64,000 bases of DNA from Octopus vulgaris. Its lineage: Eukaryota. This document shows, piece after piece, positions 39,299 through 53,748 of the stretch. The position numbers and the translations under genes are program-made. The stretch spans positions 191,394,001 through 191,458,000 of the forward strand of contig OX597815.1 of NCBI GenBank assembly GCA_951406725.2, read 5' to 3'. Each line of letters begins with the position of its first letter. Position 1 is the stretch's first letter. The notes under the pieces are model-generated. The model had not been told where the DNA came from and ran no database searches. It worked only from the letters and a program-made list of their open reading frames with translations.

Positions 39299-39727
39299 CT
39301 GTCTCATCACAACTCCTAATGTTCATTCTGTCTTTCCATATTAAATGTGAGTAGCCATGTAGCTCTTCTACAAGAACCTGCTCTCTCCCTTCTGACTTTC
39401 ATAATTTAACCTCTTGTTCCCTAGCATAAATCCAAACCCTACTCCCTTGGGGTTTCTGACCAGCTTGGCAGCCTCAATAGTGTTGGTGGCATGAAAAAGG
39501 CACCCAACACACTTTGTAAAGTGGTTGGCGCTAGGAAAGGCATCAAACCATAGAAGGCAGACACTGGAATACGATGCAGTTCTTGGACCCATTGAATCCT
39601 TCCAACCATGTCAGTATAGAAGATCATGGATGTTAAATGATGGTATATATTGTATATATGTATTCTTGTATTCTCGTACATGTTTCAGCTGTAAGGCTGT
39701 GGATATTTGGGGTGGAGGTGGGGGAAT

Positions 39728-39758
<31 letters not shown>

Positions 39759-39849
39759 TTGTATTTCTTTGAGGATATCTCAAAACTTGTGGAATGCACC
39801 TAGTATGTATACATATCTATCCGTCCATTTGTCCGTCTGTCCATCTATC

Positions 39850-40908
39850 CATAGTTGATAGCTTCCGCTACCTAAATGACCAAGTCAGTAGCAGGAGTGG
39901 ATACTCTGAAAGTGTAGCTGCTAGAATAAGTATAGCCTGGGTAAAGTTCAGAGAGCTCCTACCTCTGCTGGTGACAAAGGGCTTCTCACTCAGAGTAAAA
40001 GGTAGACTGTATGACACGTGTGCGAACAGCCATGCTACATGGCAGTGAAACACGAGCCATGACTGCTGAGGACATGCGTAAGCTTGCAAGGAATGAAGCC
40101 AGTATGCTCCATTGGATGTATAATGTCAGTGTACATACACAACAGAGTGTAAGCGCCCTGAGAGAAAAGTGGAAATTAAGAAGCATCAGATGTGGTACAC
40201 AAGAGAGATGACCATCATATGCTATGGTCATGTGTTGCGAATGGATGAGGACAACTGTGTGAAAAAGTGTCTCACCCTAGCAGTAGAGGGAACCTGTGGA
40301 AGAGGTAGACCCAGGAAGACTTCGGATGGGGTGGTGAAGCATGACCTTCGAATATTGGGTCTCACTGGGGCAATGACAAGTGACCAAGACCTTTGGAGAT
40401 ATGCTGTGCTTGAGGAGACCTGACAAGTCAAGTGAGACCATAACTGTGGTCTATGCCAGTGTAGCATAACCAGCCCATTTAAGAGCACCTTTCAATCATT
40501 GGGCAATAAACTGCACTTGCAAAAACCTGTTGAGGCAAGTGAAATCGTTGTTGTGGCCGATGACAGTACCGCCTGATTGGCACCCATGCCAGCGGCACAT
40601 AAAAAGCACCATTCAAGCGTGATCATTGCCAGTGCTGTCTGACTGGCTCCTGTGCCGGTGGCACGTAAAAAGCACCATTTGAGCATGGTCGATGCCAGGA
40701 CTATCTGACTGGCCTTCGTGCTGGTGGCACGTAAAAAGCACTCACTACACTCTCAGAGTGGTTCGTGTTAGGAAGGGCGTCAAGCTGTAGAAACCTTGCC
40801 AGATCAAGATTGAAGCCTGGTGCAGCCTTCTGTCTTGTCAGTCCTCAGTGAAACCATCCAACCCATGCCAGCATGGAAAGCGGACGTTAAACGACAACGG
40901 CGATGATG
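39850..40908 (+). mobile_element. RTE-clade LINE 3' portion (ORF2 end, repetitive 3' UTR, GAT-type tail)
   Basis: VDSFRYL..AARI.IAW.KFRELLPLL..KGRLYD..MLHGSET..GRGRPRKT; similar pieces at about 36670-38780, 42770-43215(-) and 56566-56935. Confidence 0.8.
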
Positions 40909-40950
40909 AGATAGATAGACAGACAGACAGAAAGATACGTATACATACTC

Positions 40951-41270
40951 GGTGCATTCCACAAGTTTTGAGATATCTTCAAAGAAATACAAAACTCTAA
41001 TCTCCTTCAAAGTAGGATCTTCTAACTTCTGTACACTTGTAATGTCCCATTCACTTTGTGAAGACCCCATGGAAGTCCCCCAAAGAGAAAGTGTCCAGGA
41101 CTCTTGTCACAGCCTCCTTCATCTTCTCAATGTCTTCAAAATGATTGCCCCTGAGGTTCTCCTTCAGCTTGGGGAACAACCAAAAGTCACAGAGAGCAAG
41201 GTCAGAGCTGTAAGAAGGGTGAGGGACAGTTTTGATGCCCCATCCCAGTCAAGTAGTTGGTTACCAGGGT
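40951..41270 (-). mobile_element. Mariner transposase C-terminal fragment
   Basis: Minus strand reads PHPSYSSDLALCDFWLFPKLK (YSPDLAP.D motif); its end is mirrored at about 39760-39800. Confidence 0.65.
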
Positions 41271-44200
41271 GAAATTTTGGATTGGGTATTATCCTTGTAT
41301 ATTCTTTTTACACTTTTATTTATTTCAGTCATTTGACTGTGGCGATGCTTGAGCACCACCTTTTTTAGTTGAGTTAATCAACCCCAGTACTTAGTCTTTG
41401 TAAGCCTAGTACTTATTTTATCGGTCTCTTTTGCTGAATCACTAAGTTACGGGGACATAAACACACCAGCATCAGTTGTCAAGTGATGTTGGGGGGGACA
41501 AACAGACACACAAACATATGCACACATACATATATATATATATACATATACATATATACATATATACGATGGGCTTCTTTCAGTTTCCGACTACCAAATT
41601 CACTCACAAGGCTTTGGTTGGCCCGAGGCTATAGTAGAAGACACTTGCCCAAGGTGCCATGCAGTAGGATTGAACCCGGGACCAAGTGGTTGGTAAGCAA
41701 GCTACTTACCACACAGCCACTCCTATGCCTATATGTTTATAGATGTGCAAGAGTCTTTGTCCAGAAAATTGTGGATTTTGTCAACCAGCTCTGATGTTCT
41801 GACATTTCTTTTCCTCTCTCATCTCTCATCGTCTCACCTCTTCTCAAGCATCCTCGAACCTCTTATGCCAGTGAGAAAAATGCTTGGTTAATACTAGTTA
41901 ATCCATAAGCAGCCTGGGGCATTTCACCAGTTTCTCCAGCATCTTTGCCCAGTTTAACACAAAACTTCATTACATAGCAGGCTTCTGAATTGCCTTCACT
42001 TCCTGACGGTGTTCTACAAACTAGTCAGCTGTCTTTAATAGGTTGTGTTCAAAGTGCTGTTACAACCATCTCCTTTAATCTGGAATAAAAAAAAAAGTTG
42101 GCAGGTCAGCTAATTAGATGTATATTGATGATATACAGTAATGTAGTCGCAAACCTTCAGGAATGCATCTCATATAGTCAATCATCTCCTCTTCCCTATC
42201 TCTCATCCTTTCATTCTCTTCCTATCTTTAACTGTCTTATTTCTCCCTACACTCTTACAACCTCTACCAACCCATACTTCCTGCTTCCCTCTTTTATGCA
42301 TTTCATGTCTTGAGGATCCACCCTGACATTTACCCATCCCTATCCTATTCTTTCTAGTTCCACCCCATCCACTCCCACCCTCTCTCCTGCAACTTGAGTA
42401 GGTGTGTAGCTACCCTGCAGCAAGAAACCTGTTCCGGCTCCTTCTCTCTCACTTTAACTCCTTATCCCTAGCATAGAGCTGCTTTTCCCTCTCTCTTCTG
42501 TCACCCCATTCAGTAGAAGGAGATCTTAGCCTCGCAAGTTGCATTGCAAACTCACTTGTGTTGCACCAATCAACAAGGGTGATGAGATGGAAGAGAGACG
42601 AGTCAGTTAGGAATGGCATGAGTTGAGCCATTTCCAAACAATAAAGGCCATTATAGAAAATAGTAGAAAAGGTAGAGAGGAAAAATAGCTCATCTGTGAA
42701 ACAGAATTTGGAGAATGTCTATGAGTGATTTTATGTGAATCACTGAGACCAGTCCTCACCATTTCATTTCATATCTTCCTGGGTCTTCCTCTCCCACAGG
42801 TACCATCCACTTTCAGTGATTGGCACTTCTTTATACAGCTGTCTTCATATGCATCACTTATCCAAACCAACGAAGTCTTCTCTCTTGCATACTGCGTTTG
42901 ATTCCTCTTACATCCAGCTTTCCTCTCAATACATTTGTGCTTTGCCATACATGCACAATTGATGTTGTACATCCAACAGAGTATACTGCCTTCATTCCTC
43001 TCTGGTCTGCACATGTCTTCTGCATTCAGAGCCCATGTCTCACTACCATAAAGTGTAGATGTTCATACACAAACATCATACAATCTACTTTTCGCTCTGA
43101 GAGAGTCCTTTCATTGCTGACAGAGGTAATAACTCTCTGAACTTCCTCCAGCCTATTCTTATTCTAGAAACAATACTTTCAGAGCATCCTCCACCATTGC
43201 TAATTTGGTCACCTGACAAGCTTCTTTCAGTTTCCATCTATCAAATCCACTCACTAGGCTTTGGTTGGCCTGGGGCCATAATAGAAGATACTTGCCCAAG
43301 ACACCACACAGTGGGATTGAACCCCAAACTATGTGGTTGGTAAGCAAACATTTTACCACACAGCTGTGCATGCACCTAGCTATACCTTTACCTAAATAGT
43401 GATTATAAAATGCTAGTTGTACTTAGAAAATTATTGTTTAGATTACTCTTTTACTTGTTTCAGTCATTTGACTGCAGCCATGCAGGAGCACCGCCTTTAG
43501 TTGAGCAAATCAACCCCGGGACTTATTCTTTGTAAGCCCAGTACTTATTCTATCGGTCTCTTTTGCCGAACCGCTAAGTGACAGGGACGTAAACACACCA
43601 GCATCGGTTGTCGAGTGATGTTTGGTGGGGGTGGGGGACAAACACAGATACACAAACATATACACACATACACACATATATATCAGCCGAAATTGCTAGG
43701 ATGATCTGGTTCCTGACTGAAGATTAGAGGCTTCGAATGACCCGTCCGTTTTTTGTGTCGTCTCTTTGTGTGTTTTGCGTTCTTGTCCCATTTTGTATTT
43801 TTATATATAATTTTTATACATATATTATTGCGGCGTAACGTACACCTTGTTCTCTTATGTATATATATATATATATATATGCATATATATGACAGGCTTC
43901 TTTCAGTTTCCGTCTACCAAATCCACTCACAAGGCTTTGGTCGGCCCGAGGCTATAGTAGAAGACACCTGCCCAAGGTGCCAAGCAGTGGGACTGAACCC
44001 AGAACTACGTGGTTGGTAAGCAAGCTACTTACCACACAGCCACTCCTGCTAAAGAAATTTTATTAGAGTTGTGATGATGATGATGATGATGATGATGTTG
44101 ATTGCTTCTGTGGAAAGATTTGTAAGTTTTTAAAATTTCACATTTCGTCTGTGAATTAGTTTATGCTGCCTGGAAGGATATTGGCAATTCTTGCAGGAAC

Positions 44201-45201
44201 CAGCTGTGTTAACAAGGATTTTCTTTTGCATAGTAGATGAAAATGTGTATGCTTATGATTGAAAACCTGTATGTGTGTGTTGGTATCTTAAAGTTACATA
44301 CATATGTGTGTTGAAAAGTATGTCTAAGTGTGTGGATTGGATAAGTGTATCTGAGAGAGAAGGAGAGAGATGTATGTTTTAGTAAACAAGAATGTAAGAA
44401 ATATGGATAGTAGATGAAGACTTTGCTATGGCACCGGAAGTTAGTTGATTACCACCTGATACCTTATAACTATGGTCAGTTCACACAAGTTGAAGATTCC
44501 ATGACTGAAATGTTAATTAACAGCTAAGGAACAGAGTCAGATGCTTCTAGAGCTACATAACTTGTCAAGAATAGAGGGTTACCTTTTTGATGGCTAAATA
44601 TATTGTAAATCTGACCTTGTGAAGAAAAAAAAAAAAGCAGAGAGAGAGAGAAACAGAGGGAGGGAGGGAGAAGGAGAGAAGGCAGGACAGTGAGAGAGAA
44701 ATTTGTTTCTATTTTTCACTTAACTTTTACAAGAAACAGAACTTTTTCTTAATCTTGTTTGTTCCACTTCAAGTTTTCTGTATGATAAATTGCAGAGATG
44801 AATGAATCATTTTGCAAAATGTAAATAACGGGGAAAAAATAGAACATGTTTGCCAGAAATATAATAATGGACGTGGCTAATAATTAATTTTTATGTCATT
44901 TAAGCGAAACTTAAATAACTTTATATTTTAGATCTATCTGTATTTCCTTTGGATTACTCTTTTACTTGTTTCAGTCATTTGACCGGGGCCATGCTGCAAC
45001 ACCGCCTTTTAGTCGAGCAAATCGACCCCAGGACTTATTCTTTAGAAGCCTAGTACTTATTCTATCGGTCTCTTTTGCTGAACTGCTAAGTTACAGGGAT
45101 GTAAACACACCAGCATCGGTTGTCAAGCGATGTTGCGGGGGGGTCAAACACAGACATACAAACATATACACACATATATATATATACATATACACACACA
45201 C

Positions 45202-45247
<46 letters not shown>

Positions 45248-47194
45248 CACTCATATATACGACGGGCTTCTTTCAGTTTCCGTCTACCAAGTCCACTCAC
45301 AAGGCTTTGGTCAGCCCGAGGCTATAGTAGAAGACACTTGCCCAAGGTGCCGCACAGTGGGACTGAACCTGGAACCATGTGGTTCATAAGCAAGCTACTT
45401 ACCACACAGCCACACCTACGCCTATTAACTGTAATAAATTTATATAAAAGCCATCTGAGTGATTCACCATTGAAGTGAATGATGTTTTATAAAATTAGTC
45501 TAAAATCACAATTATATTAGAATTGAAACACACAAGTGTTGCATTTCAATTAGAAATATATTCTTTTACTTGTTTCAGTCATATGACTGCAGCCATGCTG
45601 GAGCACTGCCTTTAGTTGAACAAATTGACTTTGTAAGCCTAGTACTTATTCTATCAGTTTCTTTTGCTGAAGTGCTAAGTTATGGGGATGTAAACACACC
45701 AGCATCGGTTGTCAAGCGATGGTGGGTGGACAAACACAGACACACAAATACATACATCTTTCAGTCATTTGACTGTGGCTATGCTAGAGCACTGCCTTTA
45801 GTCAAGCAAATCGACCCCAGGACTTATTCTTTGTAAGCCTGGTACTTATTCTATCAGTCTCTTTTGCTGAACCGCTAAGTTACGGGGACATAAACACACC
45901 ACCATCAGTTGTCAAGCGATGTTGGGGGACAAACACAGACACACAAGCATACACACACACATACATATATATATACATATATACGACAGGCTTCTTTCAG
46001 TTTCCATCTACCAAATACACTTACAGGGCTTTGGTCAGCCCAAGGCTACAGTTGAAGACACTTGCCCAAGGTACCATGCAGTGGGACTTGAACCTGGAAC
46101 CATGTAGTTATGAAGCAAACTTCTTACCACACAGCCACTCCTGCTCCTTCAAATATAGCAGCAAAACAAAAAAGATTAGAATTCCAGCAGATGATCTTTA
46201 ATTGTTTAATATTCAGGTCACTCTGTGAAATATAATTTGTATTTATTCACATTATTTTGAATTAATCTTGCATTATCTTTTGAGACAGTCGATGATGTGA
46301 TTGCTTATTTTCCAGAATGACATTGCTGGGTATGTATCAGAGACCAGATCTGGCCAGTTTGTACGATAAGCAAGTAGAATATTTGAGCTGGATATGGCCG
46401 GTTTAAATGCTAAAGTGTTAAAGATAGGATATCTACAGAAACATTGATGTCCAGGCCTTTAGGAATCTTTCTGTATTTCAAACTTCATCTTAAGTGCAGG
46501 CGTGAGTGTGTGATAAGAAGCTTGCTTCCCAACCACATGGTTCCGGGTTCACTCCTGCTACGTGACACTTTGGGCAAGTGTCTTCTACTATAGCCTGGGG
46601 CTAACCAAAGCCTTGTGAGTGGATTTGGTTGGCAGAAACTGAAGGTGGCAAGCTGGCAGAAACGTTAGCACGCCGGGTGAAATCAGCGGTATTTTTCCTG
46701 CCGTTATGTTCTGAGTTCAAATTCCACTGAGGTTGACTTTGCCTTTCATCCTTTCTGGGTCGATAAATTAAGTACTTGTTGCGCACTGGGGTCGATGTAA
46801 TCGACTTAATCCCTTTATCCGTCCTTGTTTGTCCCCTCTATATTTAGCCCCTTGAAAGTAGTAAAGAAATAAGAAACTGAAAGAAGCCTGTTTTGTGTGT
46901 ATATATATATGTGTTTGTGTATATGTGTGTGTGTGTTTGTGTCTGTGTGACCCCACCACCACTTGACAACTGGTGTTGGTGTGTTTACATCCCTGTAACT
47001 TAGTGGTTCAGCAAAAAGAGACTGATAGAATAAGTACCAGGCTTAAAACCAAAGTCTTGGGATCGATTTGTTCGACCAAAACCCTTTGGTACTCCAGCAT
47101 GGCTGCAGTCAAATGACTGAAACAAGTAAAAGATAAAAGATATCTTATAGAATCGTGGAAGTTGAGAAAGGAAGTTCTCTTGTCTTCTAGTTAA

Positions 47195-47427
47195 CCCTTT
47201 GCCTATTCTGTGTACCATGGCGACACACAGAGCATATTTCCATGGTAACCATGCATCATGTATGATACATCTTCCCAGTTTTCCTTTAATCATCAGAGTA
47301 ACTTGTGACTTATGAAAGAAAAGCTTTATATTACCCATAAAGCATGAAACAAGGGCTAATGAAAAGTCTGAAAACTAACAAGGCTATTTAGGACAAATTT
47401 ATGATAATGCTTTGAGCAGGCAAAAGG
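47195..47427. mobile_element. piggyBac-type MITE
   Basis: TTAA-CCCTTTGCCT...AGGCAAAAGG-TTAA. Confidence 0.6.
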
Positions 47428-48372
47428 TTAACATTAGCTTTGAAGATACAAGATTTTACTTCTTTCCTCTACCATATTGTTGTTTAGATGTAAGTTAATC
47501 TTGATTGAGCAGATCCATGTTCAAAGATGCTTTGTTGTTGTTGTTGTGGTTTGTTTCTTCTTAAGCCATACCTGACTCATAAGGCCAGTTTCCCTGTTTC
47601 ATTGGCGTATAGGTTCCCCACCTGGACGGGACGCCGGTCCGGCACAGGTGAGCTGTTACATGCAGGAGGAAAGAGTGAGAGAAAGTTGTGGCGAAAGAGT
47701 CAGCAGAAGCTTGCCATTACCTTCTGCCGGAGTCGCTCGTAAACACACACACACACCGCCCGGTCTGAGATTCAAACCCGCGATCCCTCGATCGCAAGTC
47801 CGCTGCTCTAGCCACTAGGCCATCTGCCTCCACTCAAAGATTCTTTAGCATCGACCATTCCTTTTTCTGCAGACTAGATCACATGCTCTTATTATTGTTA
47901 CAGTTTGTTTGTTGACTTAATTTATCAGTGCATGAAAAAACAAAAACCACAAAAAACTCTGACTTAGAGACAAGTGCCAGAAAAAGGTAGAGGCAAAAAT
48001 GGCACTTTTTCAAAATAAAATTGCAGACTGCAACAATTTATTCTTTCTGTGTGACCCAGTACTAAATGATTCACAGCTCAGTGGTTGGGGACCCCTAGGA
48101 TGTGAATTTTTTTTTTTTTATGTTATAGGTTTTACTGCTCTATCCTTGATTTAAAAATTATGTTTTTATTGACTATTTACCATTTTCTGTTTGTCTTTTT
48201 GTTTAACTGATGTTATTTATTTCAAGCTTTGAATGTGACAGTTCAGTATTACTATTATGAATTGATTATTTTGCTTTTCTTTTCCATATTTTGATTAATT
48301 AAATTAACGCTTCTCATAGACATTTAATTGCTTTGGTTTTTAAAACATTTTTTCTTTCTTTCTTAATTTCAG

Positions 48373-50036
48373 GTTTCCTGTCTTCTTTGTTTGTCTTCTG
48401 CCTTGAACTCAACTACATCCAGTTAGTATATTCTTACATCTTCTCTGGAGGAATAATTATTCTGTGCCAGCATATAAATTCCTCATATACACAGATGCCA
48501 CTAACTTATAGTGTTTGGTTTTTAAAAGAAGAATTAGCCTTCAAAAGTTTAAAGCGCTTTCTATTCTTTGTAGTAGTTAATTTCACTTTACAAAGGCTTT
48601 TTATTCATTTTCGAAGAAAGGGCCGGTTGTGGGCATACTTTGAAGGAAATTACCTAGAATTTAGTATTTACATTTCTTTTCTTTTGGTAGTATTTAGCAA
48701 ATTAGTTACAGACATTTACACACCTCAAATTTTAATATATCTACACACTTTTTACACATTTTCTTTGCTTCTTTTTGAAATAATTTTAGAAAGACATAAC
48801 ATTTTTACATTTATCCAAGACTCCTACCAATCTGTTCGTGAAGATTTGGGAAATTTTGGAATTCAAATTTTCCTCGAATCCCACTGGATTCGTCTTCACT
48901 TTCCACAAGTATTTCGTTTGTTCTGGTTCAGCCGTTTTATGTACCATTTACTGTTTTATGTCAACATGATAGCTCTACCAGACAATGCAAGTGCAGATGA
49001 AGTTTTTTCAAAATTAATTTCGGGGAAGATACCTGAAAACACTTTGGAACTTTATACGGTGATTAGTAAAAGTCTACTTGTCCGTGGCTGTGATACATTT
49101 ATTGCCCTTTTTGGGCTTACCTGCATTGTTTCCCTCATCTCACATTATATAGGCATCTTTGTTGCATATTTTGTTGGTTGTGATGTTGAGGAAGATCGAA
49201 ATGCTGACCGTAATGTTGGCTTATTATCTGCCATGCTGTTCTTAGTTTTAGCATTACAAACAGGTCTAACTAGTCTTGAGGTTGATGCACGTTTAGTAAG
49301 ACTGTTCCGTAATTTTTGTTTATTATCGACTGCTATTTTTCATTTTGTCCACAGTATGGTACACCCTATTCTAATGTCAGTAAGTGCATCACGAAATTCC
49401 GTGCCCAATCGACACATACGACCATTATTGATGTGTTTTATTCTCATCCTTTTCCCCTGTCTTCTCCTGAAATATCTCTGGAGTCACCATTCTACAAGTA
49501 CTTGGCTTTTGGCCGTGTCGGCATTTAGCATTGAGATCATTGTCAAAGTCCTCGTTACAGTAACTGTGTACATTTTGTTTATGATAGATGCTTACAGAAA
49601 TAGCTTCTGGGAGGGATTAGATGATTATGTCTATTATATTCAATCTGCTGGCAATACTGTTGAGTTTTTGTTTGGAATCTTCTTATTTTGCAATGGCACA
49701 TGGATTATGTTGTTTGAATCTGGTGGAACCATCCGTGCTATCATGATGTGTATACATGCTTACTTCAATATATGGCTACAAGCGAAAAAAGGTTGGAAAA
49801 TGTTTATGCACCGTCGGACAGCTGTGAGCAAAATCAATTCTCTTCCTGATGCATCTGAAGGACAGTTACAGGAACTCAACGACCTGTGTGCTATCTGTTT
49901 TGAACATCTGAATTCGGCAAAGATAACACCATGCAACCATTACTTCCATGGAGTATGTCTGCGTAAATGGCTTTATATCCAAGACAAATGTCCAATGTGC
50001 CACAGTTTGATATACGAAATCAGACAGCTAGACTAA
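48373..50036 (+). CDS. RNF139: TRC8/RNF139-like E3 ligase, coding exon 2: multi-pass TM (TRC8_N) region and C-terminal RING-H2
   Basis: tttcag| acceptor; motifs FRLFW, LALQTGL, WEGLDDYVYY, IRAIMMCIHAYFNIW and RING-H2 CAIC..PCNHYFH..CLRKWLY..CPMC; joined CDS 1845 nt = 614 aa; RNF139 vs RNF145 assignment rests on motifs and two-exon structure. Confidence 0.92.
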
Positions 50037-52100
50037 TACTGTTGTAAAACAAGGCCATACCAGATATATAACAGCAACAGGTAGCAGCAACAGCATCGTG
50101 TTCTGAACATTTCTTCAGACCTGTCAGATTTTTGTTTAAGAATTTCATTGTTACCATTTTATGCATATCTCAGGAAGAAATGAAACTTAAAAGGTGAGCT
50201 GGAAGTTTGTTCTGAAGTTTGAGGTTGAAGAAATCTCTCAGTTTTCACGACAAGGATATTTTTTAAACAACATCTGACTGCTTCACACTCTAACATGATC
50301 TGCCTTTTTACAATTTTGAATGTTTTATGTCCACCAACAAAGGATCCAACTAATAACTTTCATGATTCTACATTTGACAAAATGATAAAAAAAAAAGGGA
50401 TTATCAACCTAAATTTTTAAGAGTTTCCTTTTTGTGTAAACAAACTAGTCTCTATCACAGATCCCTTGATGACTATTATTAATCTGTAAATATGTAATAT
50501 ACGGAAAAAACTGATCTCTGGACTTATTTATGCAAAGAGAAATATAAAAAGTTGAATGTGACCATTCATGTAGACGTAGCATAATGGAAAAGTTAGCAAC
50601 TTTTTTTGTTATAAATTTTAAAAAAACAACAAAAACAAAACAAAATTGTCTTTTCAAAATAAAATTTACATATTATAAGGTATATTTTCAATATAAGTTT
50701 TTTTTTCCTTGCAAAACTTACCTTGATATATTTAAAAAAAAAAAAAGGATTTACAAACAACCCCTCCACTATTTAATTTCTTCGTTTCTTTTAGCTGTTT
50801 CATTTAAATGTGCTTACTGCATCTTCACTTGTGCATCTTATTTACAGATGTTATTTCAGATTTATGATAATTATGATAGCTCTTATTAGAGAAATTAATA
50901 GTTATTGGTTCCATCAGTGTTATTTTATGTTATTAATTAGTGGATAAACGTTTAAAGGTGTGATTAGCATGATTGACAATTTTTACTTCTATGATCTGTG
51001 GAAAAAAATTCTTCAATTGTTGGCAAGAGTCATTAAAAAAAACTAAATTTTTTGTTTTTTTTTGTTTTATCTTGAATGTTTTCAAGTTATTTTTTTTGTT
51101 TGAATCAGTTAATTAAACTTTTAAAAGAAAGAGTAATAAAAAGGGAGAAACTAACTGAAATTATAAATTAAAAATCAGTTTTCAATTTTAATTGAACATC
51201 TGGTTGTGATGTTGGAGAGTGATCGTAACAACGGCGCTTATTAAAATTTCTTTTTTTCATGTTGAGTGGCATTTCGCAGTTTTAGAATATCAGTCCTGAT
51301 AATAAGTTAAATATATTAGAATCGTTTTTTTTTTTTTCCGCCTGCAAAATGCACAGTCTAGGAATGTCAAAGATACCAGATATTCAGGACTTAATCCAAA
51401 ACCAAATAATTGTTTTTTTTCTTTTTTTGTTTAAATTATGTATTTAGCTACCGGTTTCTCCCAAGCCAGAATGGTAAGATAAACTTTTTTGTAGTTTGGT
51501 CAGAGGAGGAAAAAGAGTGCTCATAGCTTTCTTGCCAGACCTCCAAGACTCTGTAATTGTGTGTGTGTGTGTGTGGTAGTGAGGGGTCACATACATGTGG
51601 AAGAAAGCACACTCTCAACTGAAGGCTTGAAACAAGAATAGACTTTATTAAGAGGCCAGATGGTGACTGCAAACAGGGTGATGCTTTAATTCTACCATCA
51701 AAGAACAAGTGCAGTCCTTTCGACAAGCTTCTTCATAGTTACCATCAGCCAAACTCCACTCTCGAGGTTTGGGGTCAATCTGAGGTTATGGTAGAAAGCG
51801 TTTGTCCAAGGTGCAATGTAGTGGAATTAGGCAAACTTCTAAGCCACACATCCATCCTTAAATGCCTGTCAGTCAGTCAGTCGAAAGGCTGGAAATATTT
51901 ACTGGAATATTGTTTTATTGAGATTATTTAGTTCACCAAAGTGGAAAGACTTGTCTTATGAGTAAATCTGATGAAGACTTTTGGGTTTTCTGCTGCTTGC
52001 AACAGTGAGCGTCTTGCTGGCAAAAGAAAGCAAAGGTCCTGGAAAGAATGAGTAACTTAGACTGACATATATATATGTGTGTGTGTGTGTGTACTTATGC

Positions 52101-52137
<37 letters not shown>

Positions 52138-52208
52138 TGTTGTTGGGAAGCAGAGCTGCTTACCACACAGCCACGCCTGCGCCTATAGATATATTGACTA
52201 TTCAGGTA

Positions 52209-52256
<48 letters not shown>

Positions 52257-53698
52257 TATATATACATATATTGTATATCTGAATATTCAATATATCTATA
52301 GGCACAGGCGTGGTTGTTTGGTAAGTAGCTTGCTAACCAACCACTTGGTTCCGGGTTCAGTCCCACTGCGTGTCACCTTTGGCAAGTGTCTTCTACTTTA
52401 GCCTCAGGCTGACCAAAGCTTTGTGAGTGGATTTGGTAGACAGAAACTGTCTACCAGTACTTGACATACTTGACAACCAATGTTGGGGTGTTTACGTCCC
52501 CGTCACTTAGCAGTTCAGCAAAAGAGGCTGATAAAATAAGTACTAGCCTTACAAAGAATAAGTCCTGAGGTCGATTTGTTCAACTAAAAGGTGGTGCTCC
52601 AGCATGGCCACAGTCAAATGACTGAAACGAGTGAAAGAGTACATGTATTACATGCATATCGTTATATATATATATACATATATAAAATTTGTAGACGCAC
52701 ACATACATTCATATCTATAGTATTGAAGTTAAAATAAGTTCTAGATAGTGTGATATTTAAGAAACCATTCTAAGTCCTGTCACATTTATCTGACCAAGCT
52801 AAAGATCCATTTTTTTTTTATAAATTCCAAAATTCCGAATAATCTTTAAGTATAAAAATATTAAAAGACTAACTTATTCTTCAGGAGTATATAATTGAAC
52901 TGTACAACCCTTGGTTTGTTTCTCTTCTTATGTTTGTTATTGTTTGAGCATCTGGTTACCTAGATATAACTAGGTAAATCCAGGATTTGATTTTACTAAC
53001 AAGAAGGTAAATTTTTCTGACTGTTAACCTCATCTTTAGAAAGTAGACGTGTTTTTAATATTTACATCTTGACTACCACATGGTTTACGGTTCTGTTCCC
53101 TTGCACGACACCTTGGGCAAGTGTCTTCTGCTATAGCCTTGGGCTGACCAATGCCTTGCGAATGCAATTGGTAGATAAAAACTATATAGAAGCCCATTGT
53201 ATGTGTGTGTGTGTGTTTTTATATGCATATGTGTATGTCTATATATACATGTATGTATGTATGTATTTATAAAGATGTATATGTAGAGGGATGTCTCTGT
53301 GTGTATATATATAATCTATATATGTGTGTGTGTGTATATATATAATCTATATATGTGTGTGTGTGTGTATATAATCCTGACATCATAACAGAGTTCTACA
53401 TCTCCAGAATTTATTTATTAAAGTATTTTCTTCATTTTCTTATTTATGAAGAAATTACTCCAATAAATAAATTTTGAAGATCTATAATTCTCCATTCTTC
53501 TTTATCATGTCCTTCTTTACCATGCTACATGAAATCCAATGAAATGAATTCGGGATTTACCTATCAAATGAAATACCGTTTATCTTAAATGATTCTGAAT
53601 ATACCCTATCATTTGATATGGTTAACCAGATCTGGATTGTATTAGAGTGTTCATTAGGTACCTACCTGGATTTCAAATTCCTTTATGTTACATATACA

Positions 53699-53748
<50 letters not shown>

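Noticed and set aside
43683-43860. Possible hammerhead in a (TA)-flanked insert (CTGAAGA...GAAT)
   Set aside because: Stems cannot be formed and the GAAA core is absent downstream
48333-48372. ORF-track start of the 567-aa ORF
   Set aside because: Starts at TTG inside the polypyrimidine tract; the real N-terminus is spliced from 29777-29957
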